The translations under genes and the position numbers were made by a program. From Eledone cirrhosa (lineage: Eukaryota), in the NCBI GenBank assembly GCA_964016885.1, contig OZ024742.1:271064001-271128000 (forward strand): DNA of 64,000 bases, in the 5' to 3' direction. Below, in pieces: positions 1 through 10,702 of the stretch. The notes beneath the pieces were generated by a model. The model saw only the letters and a list, made by a program, of their open reading frames with translations. It made no database searches and was not told where the DNA came from. Position 1 is the stretch's first letter. Every line of letters starts with the position of its first letter.

Positions 1-13
1 AAGCACTGGATAT

Positions 14-56
14 GTAGTCCTGATGATTTCTAACGAGAATGAAACGCGTAGATTAC
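14..56 (+). ncRNA. Type I hammerhead ribozyme, array copy 1
   Basis: Stem I GTAGTC(14-19)/GATTAC(51-56); core CTGATGA(20-26); stem II TTTCT-AACG-AGAAT; GAAA(41-44); palindromic stem III ACGCGT; predicted GUA cleavage after nt 50. Confidence 0.88.
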
Positions 57-299
57 TTCCCTTGCTTTTATCGAGAATCTAATTGTAATACGTGACGTAT
101 TCTATTCTATAGCGATTAGGTCTTCAAAATGTTTATTATAAACATACAGAATATTTTCGAATATTCTATGTCTATATTCACATATATATCGCTATTTCAG
201 AGCATTTATTCCAATTTCTAATTTCTGCCGGACCGGCAACCGCTCTTTCAAACCAGTTCCTGTACACAGCCAAGTATTCTATAAGTCTCTAGCTGTGTC

Positions 300-388
300 A
301 TTCTCGATAAAAGCACTGGATATGTAGTCCTGATGATTTCTAACGAGAATGAAACGCGTAGATTACTTCCCTTGCTTTTATCGAGAAT
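300..388 (+). ncRNA. Type I hammerhead ribozyme, array copy 2, with extended stem I
   Basis: Same core at 324-366; stem I is extended by GGA/TCC and a perfect 16-bp helix ATTCTCGATAAAAGCA(300-315)/TGCTTTTATCGAGAAT(373-388). Confidence 0.88.
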
Positions 389-609
389 CTAATTGTAATA
401 CGTGACGTATTCTATTCTATAGCGATTAGGTCTTCAAAATGTTTATTATAAACATACAGAATATTTTCGAATATTCTATGTCTATATTCACATATATATC
501 GCTATTTCAGAGCATTTATTCCAATTTCTAATTTCTGCCGGACCGGCAACCGCTCTTTCAAACCAGTTCCTGTACACAGCCAAGTATTCTATAAGTCTCT
601 AGCTGTGTC

Positions 610-698
610 ATTCTCGATAAAAGCACTGGATATGTAGTCCTGATGATTTCTAACGAGAATGAAACGCGTAGATTACTTCCCTTGCTTTTATCGAGAAT
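610..698 (+). ncRNA. Type I hammerhead ribozyme, array copy 3
   Basis: Identical to copy 2, offset by 310 bp. Confidence 0.88.
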
Positions 699-919
699 CT
701 AATTGTAATACGTGACGTATTCTATTCTATAGCGATTAGGTCTTCAAAATGTTTATTATAAACATACAGAATATTTTCGAATATTCTATGTCTATATTCA
801 CATATATATCGCTATTTCAGAGCATTTATTCCAATTTCTAATTTCTGCCGGACCGGCAACCGCTCTTTCAAACCAGTTCCTGTACACAGCCAAGTATTCT
901 ATAAGTCTCTAGCTGTGTC

Positions 920-1008
920 ATTCTCGATAAAAGCACTGGATATGTAGTCCTGATGATTTCTAACGAGAATGAAACGCGTAGATTACTTCCCTTGCTTTTA
1001 TCGAGAAT
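920..1008 (+). ncRNA. Type I hammerhead ribozyme, array copy 4
   Basis: Identical to copy 2, offset by 620 bp. Confidence 0.88.
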
Positions 1009-1110
1009 CTAATTGTAATACGTGACGTATTCTATTCTATAGCGATTAGGTCTTCAAAATGTTTATTATAAACATACAGAATATTTTCGAATATTCTATG
1101 TCTATATTCA

Positions 1111-1112
1111 TA

Positions 1113-1201
<89 letters not shown>

Positions 1202-1220
1202 ATATATATATATATATATA

Positions 1221-1281
<61 letters not shown>

Positions 1282-1304
1282 GTCTGTGTGTTTGTGTGTG
1301 TGTG
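1111..1304. repeat. Compound (TA)n/(TG)n microsatellite
   Basis: Read directly. Similar tracts occur near 29840-29990, 30440-31020, 31595-31850, 35660-35805, 41860-41995, 45320-45440 and 46480-46810. Confidence 0.98.
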
Positions 1305-1479
1305 TTTATAATAAGGAATTGACAGACCCAGCATATTTATCTAACTATATATACTAGAAGAAAAGGCAAATTATTTTGTACAGAAATTTTTATTCTAAAT
1401 TAAATTTATCCTTCAAATAAGATGCATGATGAAATCAATTTTGAATTCATAATACAAAAGAATAATAAATAAATACAAT

Positions 1480-1528
<49 letters not shown>

Positions 1529-1587
1529 GGGAGGAAGAGGCACGAGGTGGTAGAAGGTCATGAAATCGCTCCCGTAAGTTTTTGATT

Positions 1588-2191
1588 TTTAACATATTAA
1601 AATCAATTGTGAAATAACAATTCTTAGTACAAATGTTGCATAAACCACCGAATGAAGTCCCATAAAATTTCGGATCCATATTATATTGTTATATCGCTCA
1701 AATATTCAATTTTGTATTATATATTTTGTATTCAAAAAAAGAAAATGGTTATAAATGGAAGAAAACACCCTCTATCTACACTATATAGAACAGCCAAATA
1801 TCAACAATTTCACCAACACCAGAAAGTTGATACACCACCTATCCCATCACACTAAATATAACAGCCAGATAACGGCAATTTCACCACCACCACCATCAAT
1901 CCCGGCATGATAATAATAATTACTATTATTATTGTCTCAAATTTTAACAAAATGTTTAATTCCAATTTTACGGGAATATGTCAACACAATATATATTAAA
2001 CATACGAACACAAACTCATAGATACTACATATCACAAAACCCAGTAACCACAACGCTACCGCCGCCACCACCCCATCCATCATCTTGCTACCACTATCCC
2101 ATCGCCGCGGCCACCACTCCTTCATTGCTACCACCACTATTTCCCTGTAAACTTGAGAGAGAAAGGGGAAGGTGGCGGTATCACTAGACAA
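1588..2191 (+). repeat. About 600-bp diverged direct repeat, copy 1
   Basis: Runs from TTTAACATAT..AAATCAATTGTGAAATAACAATTCTTAGTACAAATG to GAAAGGGGAAGGTGGCGGTATCACTAGACAA; colinear with 6481-7121. Confidence 0.9.
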
Positions 2192-2499
2192 GGGAGAGGC
2201 TAGCAAAAGATATAAATAGATTGACTTAGTAACCTGGCCACCGGCCAAACGTCAACATCAACAACTATGGGACTGCTGGCTCACCCCTTCCTCACCAACA
2301 ATATAAAAAGCCCCGGCACCACCACCGACATAGCCAACAACAATAACAGGCAACTACAGCAAAAAGTATATTATATTATTGTAATGCACTGGGTGATTAC
2401 TGGACTTGTGCCTGGAGTGGAGACAATTATTAATAATTTCATTCTTAAGCCACGCAATGCTCACATTAAGGAACCACTCATGATAATAACAATTTAAAA

Positions 2500-5400
2500 A
2501 AAACAACAAAAAGAAAACCCCGTGACCAAGAAATACCGGGATGGCGGCCGGCGGGGAATGGCCGTGTCTCTAGGGGAGAACGACCCCTCTAGTCTTGGTT
2601 GACACTCGTTCTAGAAGTGGTAACACGAAATGATTACCCCTTGGCGGATAAGGATAAAGCGCGACAAAATAAAGTAGATGTCTAATGATAAAATCTCATA
2701 CCGAATCGGCCGTCACCCGGGTAAAAAAGGGCCGCGTCCCTCAGAGAGGAACCAGACTGGGGTCGAAAAATCAGCTAATGGTTCAAACCTTCCTATCACT
2801 TTAGAGCTGGAGACCTCCCGTAACCGGAATACTCCTACTGTTGGCCCTCCATGCTCACCACCAAGAAATCCAAAGAAAAGGAGAGAAAAATGGTCAAGGG
2901 AAGATAATAAAGAAGTCCTTGGGGCTTTCTACACTGCCATGTACTACCCATCAAATACATCGAATACAGAACAGACATATATCAACTGGAAAAAGAAACA
3001 TCCCGAAAACAGAGGCTATATTGACAGTAACAAACTAGCCAATATACGAAGAAATATTGTAAGAAAAAAGTTACTAACTGATATAGAAATTGATCAGATC
3101 AAGCTATTAGCACAAAGACAGCGAAGGGAAAATGAAACATATGTCAGTGAAAACGAGGTAAACTGTAACACTTCGAACCCCAAGGTTGGGGCGGAATCAC
3201 TGGCAACAGAACAAATTAAAGAAAGGAGCGAAAAAGTGGAGGGAGTGCATGCTCAAGATGAAACTCCAAATGAAAATAATGAGATCGTAAATGATAAAGA
3301 AATGAATGAGAATGAACTTGCCAACTTGAAGGATGAAATTATGATCGAATGGATGAAAATGAGAGAATCTGACATGGGGCAACGAGACACCCTCCCTAAG
3401 ATCCAGAACTCCAAACAGAACCAAAAGATAATACACAAGACTAACATAATTCTCAAAAACATTATCATCACAAACAAACTAAACATTACTGATTTAAATC
3501 ATCTCTATTATGCATCGGCTAAAGTCACCACTCACTTATGTGGAGTGAAGATGAAAAAACAAAGGAATTCCCACAAGAAATCTACTTGGCAAGAGAAAAT
3601 CAATCGCCAAATAAACCTTCTCCGATCTGACATAGACGTTTTAACAAACTATAAAGTAGGTGAACATGTTAAACAAACTAAACTTAGAAAATTGAAAAAA
3701 AAGTACAGTATAAAATCATCATGTGACATAGACATGCTGATAGAAATAATCAAGCAAAAAGTGTCGGCCAAAGCTGCTCGTATAAGGCGCTTTGAAAAAC
3801 GATCTAGATTCTATAAGGAAAATAATATTTTCAAAAACAACCAAAGAAACTTCTACAGAAAAATTGGTAAGTCAACAATAACTGCTAAATCAATACCACC
3901 CAAGGAGGAAGTGCAAGAATTCTGGGAAAAGATCTGGGCCGAAGAAAAAGTTCATAACATACATGCCCCATGGATAGACAGACAAATGAAAGATACAGCT
4001 CACCGTCAGGAACAAATATGGGAAGATATAACAGTTGAACAGTTGCGCTTGGCTCTAAGAAAAACCAGCAAATGGAAATCCCCAGGAAAAGACAAAATAC
4101 AAAACTTTTGGATAAATGCCTTCACAGAGTCTCATGAGCTGTTAGCCCAACTTTACAATGAAATAGTTAAGGAGCCAGAAAAGATACCTCCATGGCTAGT
4201 TAACGGCATTACATTCCTCCTTCCGAAGAATGATGAGACAAACAATCCCCAAAATTACAGACCGATAGCTTGCTTGACCACAATGTATAAAATTTTAACA
4301 TCAGTCCTAACTGAATACACATATGACCACCTGATAACAAATGATCTATTTCCCATTGAGCAGAAAGGGTGTAAACGAGGCTGATATGGCTGTAAGGATC
4401 AGCTTCTGGTTAACAAAATGATACTGGAAGATTGTCATAATAGACACAAAAATCTATCGATTGCTTGGATAGATTATAAAAAAGCATTCGATAGTTTGCC
4501 ACACAGTTGGATTGAAAAATGTTTAGAGATTTTCAAAATATCCCCCGTTGTCAGGAGGTTTTTGTCATTCAGTATGAAGACATGGAAAACGATACTCCTT
4601 TTGAATAGTGAAACCAAATCACTGGAAGCTGGAGAAGTTAATATTAATTGTGGAATTTTTCAGGGTGAGTCTTTATCACCGCTTTTATTCTGCATCGCAC
4701 TTATACCATTAAGTAAAATGCTCAATGAAACAAAACATGGATATAAAGTCTATGACAATACCATTAATCACCTGTTCTACATGGATGACCTGAAACTATT
4801 TGCAAAAAATGATGAACAATTTCAGGGGCTATTATCCACTGTGGAGCAGTTCAGTGATGACATTAAAATGGAGTTTGGACTAGATAAATGCGCCAAAGCA
4901 ACGTTCACCAGAGGAAAGCTGCTGAAGAGTTCAGACATTAATCTTGATCGGGGGAACGTGATAAGAGAACTTGATCAAGAAAAAACTTACAAATATCTAG
5001 GTGTTTGTGAAGGAGACGGAATCAAGCACTCGACAATGAGGGAAAGGATAAGGAAGGAATGTTACCGCAGAGTAAGAGCAATCTTAAGAACGGAATTGAA
5101 TGCAAGGAATAGGATCGATGCCATAAACACGCTTGCCATACCAGTAGTAACCTACAGTTACAATGTCATCAACTCGTAGGCTCGATACAAACATTCGAAA
5201 ATTCTTAACCATGCACAGAATGCATCACCCTAAGGCAGATATAGATAAAATTTATCTCCCTAGGAAAGAAGGAGGACGTGGGTTAAACCAGTTAGACATT
5301 GCGTTAAAAACTACAACAATTGGATTATCTACATATCTAAGGGAATCACATGATTGGATGATCAAACTCGTTTTGAAACACGAAAGCATCAAAAAATCAT

Positions 5401-6450
5401 ATTCCATTACAAAAGATGCACAAAGATACAGTAATGGACTACAAATTTCAGAAGTCCCATTTACTGCTGAATTGGAAAACACAGAAACAGCAAAGCAGGT
5501 AAAAGTAACTGCAAAGAAAGAACTGCTACAGAAACTGGCTAAGAAATGGCAAGAAAAGCCTCTGTATGGAAAATACCCAGAGCGAGCTAACAATCCTGAT
5601 GTTGACAAAACTTTAACCCATCAGTGGTTGGCATCCTCTGGACTGAAATCGGAGACTGAAGGACTGATTATATCGGTACAAGATCAGTGTCTGCCAACAA
5701 AATATTACCAAGCCAACATAATAAAAAATGGGTGCAGCCCATTATGCCGTGTATGCAAAAAACTACCAGAGACCATTGACCATATAGTTTCAATGTGCAG
5801 TCCTATAGCTCCAACCGAATACCTAAATAGGCATGACAGAGCTGCACAATACATACATTGGATAATGTGTAAGCATTTTTACCTGCCCCATCAAAAGAAT
5901 TGGTGGGAGAATCAACCACCTCCCATACTTGAAAAAGATCACATCTCAATCCTGTGAAACTTTAGCATCCAAACAGACCGAAAAATAGATGCAAATAGAC
6001 CTGATATAATATTGAAGGACTTTCAAAAGAGGGTATGCCTGCTAATTGATATGTCTGTTCCAATAGACAAGAATGTATCTATAAAAACATTTGAAAAATT
6101 GAGCAAGTATAAGGACCTGGAGATAGAAATTGGAAAAATGTGGAAATTGAGAACTAAAACAATACCAGTGGTTGTAGGCACTCTGGGAATGATACCTTAG
6201 GGGTCTAATGACTACTTATCGCAAATCCCAGGAAACCCGCGTATAGGAGAAATACAAAAGATAGTACTAATGGGAACTGCCCATATACTAAGGAAGATTC
6301 TGTCAATATAAGTACATCACAAGTCTAAACACTAAAGATGCATGTGTGAATATGTATGTTCTTTCTTGAACATGGCTGACCTTGTTGTCTCTTGAGGTCA
6401 CTGGTTGTGACTTGGTGATAACTCGTATGATCATAAAGCAAGATAAATGC

Positions 6451-6480
<30 letters not shown>
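2500..6480 (+). mobile_element. Near full-length R4/Dong-like non-LTR retrotransposon (RT plus restriction-like endonuclease)
   Basis: Single long interrupted ORF, short 3' UTR, ends in (TAA)n at about 6455-6480; 5' boundary approximate. Confidence 0.9.
2678..6311 (+). pseudogene. R4/Dong-like polyprotein: RT, CCHC finger and RLE; three in-frame stops and one frameshift
   Basis: Motifs KSPGKD, NYRPIACL, WIDYKKAFDS, GIFQGESLSP, LFYMDDLKL, YKYLG, CRVC..ETIDHIVSMC, RHD, NRPDII..LIDMSVP..EKLSKY; stops at about 4382, 5955 and 6198; frameshift at about 5170. Confidence 0.92.
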
Positions 6481-6482
<2 letters not shown>

Positions 6483-7121
6483 TAACATATTTAAATCAAT
6501 TGTGAAATAACAATTCTTAGTACAAATGATACATAAAGAATCCGGCTTAAGTCTCAGAAAAATTCGGATCCATAATATATTGTTATATCGCTCAAATATT
6601 CAATTTTGTATTATACATTTTATATTCAAAAAAGAAAATGGTTATAAATGGAAGAAAACCCCCTCTGTCTACACTATATAGAACAGCCAAATAACAACAA
6701 TTTCACCAACATCAGAAACTAGATACACCACCTACCCCATCACCCCTCTGTGTACACTAAATAGAACAGACAGATAACGGCAATTTTACCACCACCACCA
6801 CCAATCTCAGCATGATAATAATAATTACCTTTTATTATTGTCTCAAGTTTTAACAAAATGTTTAATTCCAATATTAAGATAATATGTCAGCACATATACG
6901 CGACTAACCTCATAGATTCACCAATTAAACAAAAATACAATCTATTCAACAAAACTCAGTAACGACACCGCCATCACTACAGCCACGGCCGCCGCCACCC
7001 ATCCATCATTACTACCACTATCCCATCACCGCCGCCACCACTGCTATATTGCTACCACCGCTATCCCCCCATTACCTTCTGTTAACTCACGAAAGGGGAA
7101 GGTGGCGGTATCACTAGACAA
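6481..7121 (+). repeat. About 600-bp diverged direct repeat, copy 2
   Basis: Colinear with 1588-2191; begins immediately after the (TAA)n tail of the R4/Dong element. Confidence 0.9.
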
Positions 7122-7896
7122 TATTAATAAACAAGATTAATATTTAATTTTGGATCAGGAATGTTAGAGTCGAAAATGAGAAAAATGACCAAATGACTAA
7201 ATAACTAAAGATAATTTCACCATCAACAACACCACGACTACCACGATGAACACTCTGGTCAAATCGACTCAACCCCTATTTCTACTCCAACTTCAACACC
7301 GTCACTACAGTACTACGATCACATCACCCCCACCACTGCCTCATTATCGCTACCGCCTGCTAGTTGCTGCTAGCACAGCACCGATGCCACCACCACCATC
7401 ACTGCCTCATTATCACTAACGCCGCTATTATCTCACGCTACCCCCTGCTACATCGTAGTGCCCCCACTAAAAGAGGAAGGCATCAACAAATTTAAATAGA
7501 CTGAATTGATGACCCGGTCAAAATCAAAAATCAAAAATCAAAATCAAAGCAGCACAGCAACAACGAAAAACGTAAAGAAAAGAAAAATGAAGAGAAAAAC
7601 AAACAGACGGAGAGAGAAGGGAAGGGAAAAAATAAGTCAGACATTCAAACATTACATTACAATGAAACTTATGCTTATTCATTTTTTTTGGGGGGGGGGG
7701 GGGGGGCTGTTTGTTTATTTGTTTATTTATGTTCGTCTACAGCGTGATAATGCCACACAAAAATCACGTGGAATGACGAAATCACCGGAAGTGATGAATT
7801 CACCGGTGGTTATGTAACCATACATTCGCCAATCCACGATAAGAGTGTTTAAATGTCGAACCAAAACAGTTCGAATATCCGTGAAATGGAGATAGA

Positions 7897-10702
7897 ATGT
7901 CATGTGACAGACTCTCACACAACAGGTGCTCCCTGGTTCAGCAGCAGGGACCTGGCTGTCAACCAAATACTGCTGGTGTCGGAGGAAGAAGAAGAAGGAA
8001 AGGGACCAGAACCAACTGGACGAAAGAATTGAATAGAACTGTTATGCAATGTTACCTGAAGAGTAACCCCAAGGAGAAAGGCTATAGGAAACGGATGGAT
8101 AACATCTGGAACGAGATTGGTCTATTTAACTTAGATGAACAAAAATTGACAGGGCAGGCTCGGGTAATAAGAACTAATGGCTGGATAAGCGAGCTGGAAC
8201 TGGAGGAACTGAGCAGAGAGATTAGCTTGGCGATGGAGAGTGGAGTATGCCAGGCAAACGAGCCAGTGGGAAATGAAGGTGAAGAGGTCGAGAGAACGTG
8301 GGAACCACCCGAGGCAGACAATGATCTGAATGCTGAGATAAATAATACCTGGAACAGAGATACGGCCACTGTGGAGATGAATGCTGACGAGCTAGGACAA
8401 GATTCGGTTGACATCCTAAATTTAGTGGTAGATGAATTGAACAATGATAGTGGGAGACCTATGAACCTAAGATTTGTAGACAGGAAAAAGTTAAAAGAAA
8501 CAACAGCTAAGGTAAACAAAGTCATCCCATACCTTGAGGCGAGGAGCCTTCACCAATGCAACAATATCCTCAAAGCAACAGCAAATACGGTGAGGAAACT
8601 ACTTGGTATAAAAGCGAAAGGAAACAACAGACAAGAAAGAGCAGAGCCTTGGTGGAAGAAACGACTGAGTGGTCAAATCAGGGAAATGAGAAACGACATT
8701 GTAAAGCTTGAGTCCCTACCGAATGGGACACTAAAAAACATTGACACTAAAAATAGACTGGAAATAAAGTACAAAACTAGGAGGAAAAAGCTAAATATTA
8801 TCATAGAGGAACTGAAGCAACGCATTGTAGCAAAGAGTGCAAAAATCAGGCGATACGAGAACAGAGTCAGTCAGTACAGACATAACTGCATGTTTGACAA
8901 CAACCAGAAGATGCTGTTTAGACAGCTTGAAGGGAAAGAAAGAGGCAACGACTTGATCCATGAGGCGGAACAAACTAAAACATTCTGAAGAGGAATATGG
9001 GAGCAGATTGTTAAACATAATGATCAGGCAGTGTGGACTGAGACAGTACAGAAGGAGATTAGTGAACAGGCACACCAACAAACTGATTTGAGTATCACAG
9101 TTGAAACTCTTAAGGGGCAGGCCAAAAAACTAACCAACTGGAAATCACCAGGCCCAGATGGTGTGCAGGGGGTATTGGATTAAAAATATAACATCCCTCC
9201 ACCCGAAACTGACAACCATGTTCAATGACTGCTTGATGTCAGGTGAGGTATCAGAGTGGTTGACAAAAGGTACCACAGTTCTGATAATGAAAGACCGAAT
9301 CAAGGGTAATGATGTTACCAACTATACACCTATCACATGTCTGTCCGTAATGTGGAAACTGTTGACAAGCATTATGTCTGAGGAAATCTACCATTACCTA
9401 CACACAAACAACTTGTTACAGGACGAACAGAAAGGATGCCGAAAGAAGTCACGTGGTACAAAGGACCAGTTACTTATTGATAAGATGGTAATGAGGAATT
9501 GCAAGAGGAGACACACTGGTCTTGCCATGAGATGGATAGACTACAAAAAGGCATTCAACATGGTACCTCATTCTTAGATAACCAAAAGCCTAGAGATCTT
9601 CAAGGTGGCAGATAAGATCAGACAGTTGTTATGCAAAAGTATGAAGTCCTGGGAAACAGAGTTAACATCGGGTGGAGAATCCTTGGGAGGCGTAAAGATC
9701 AAGAGAGATATCTTCCAGGGAGATAGTTTGTCTCCTCTGTTGTTTGTCCTTGCCCTGATGCCCCTGAGCATTATACTGCGAAATGTGAGAGCAGGATACA
9801 AGTTGGGAAAAGGAGAGCTTACCATCAATCACCTCCGCTTCATGGACGATCTTATATATTTGGGTAATGTGAGAAGGAGCCGGATGTACTTGTTGACACT
9901 GTCTGTATTTTCAGCAATGATATATGTATGCAATTTGGTATTAGTAAGTGTGGAATCCTTGTGACGAAGAGCAGAAGCAACGGAATGCAGGTACCAACAG
10001 GTGAGATGATAAAGGAAATTGACTGAAGAAGGATACAAATATTCAGGTGTTCTGGAGGAAGATGACACCAAGAACAAAAAAATAAAGGAATTGATAAGAT
10101 CTGAGTACATTAGGAGAGTAAGGAGCGTAGTAAAATCACATTTGAATTGTAGGAATGTCATAAGTGCAGTTAATTCCCGAGATGTGTCTATTATTTGGTA
10201 CAGTGCGGGAATTCTGAAACGGAATGTTGCTGAACAAAGAGAAATGGATAGGAATACTAGGAAGCTATTGACTATCTACAGCATGTTCCACAAGAGGATT
10301 GATGTCGATAGACTCTACTTAAGGAGATCTGAAGGTGGAAGAGGTCTTATCAGCATAGAGGACTGTGTTCAGATGGAGGAAAACAACTTACACAAATACG
10401 TGACTGACAGTAGGGAGCCAATTCTCAGAATTGTACTGAAGGAGAGGACAATAGACAAGGGGATGTCCAAAGAGGAAATAACAACAAGGAAGAAGAACAA
10501 CCTTCGTGAAAAATCCATTCATAGTACCTTCTTTGAGAAAACTGAATGTAGAGATCCACAGACATAGAACTGGTTGAAAAGAGGAGACCTTAAAAAGGCT
10601 ACAGAAGGAATAATAATGGCTGCGCAAGAGCAGGCCCTCAAACTGAAGTGGGTGAAACACTATATTTACAAGGAGGAGGCTAGCCCACTGTGTAGGATCT
10701 GC
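7897..10702 (+). mobile_element. Second, more decayed R4/Dong-like LINE, 3'-truncated at the CCHC finger
   Basis: ORF fragments with NWKSPGPD, NYTPITCL, EQKGC..GTKDQLLID, WIDYKKAF, IFQGDSLSP, FMDDL, EGGRGL, MAAQEQAL and SPLCRIC, then an abrupt switch to other sequence. Confidence 0.9.

Larger units (their letters stand above)
1..1110 (+). repeat. Tandem array of identical 310-bp units (about 3.6 copies visible, continues off the left edge), each carrying a hammerhead ribozyme; retrozyme-like
   Basis: AAGCACTGGATATGTAGTCC recurs at 1, 311, 621 and 931; no differences seen between copies; the array ends at 1110 against a (TA)n tract. Confidence 0.97.

Noticed and set aside
1-1110. CRISPR array or simple satellite
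   Set aside because: There are no unique spacers, whole 310-bp units repeat, the context is eukaryotic, and the ribozyme fold explains the unit better
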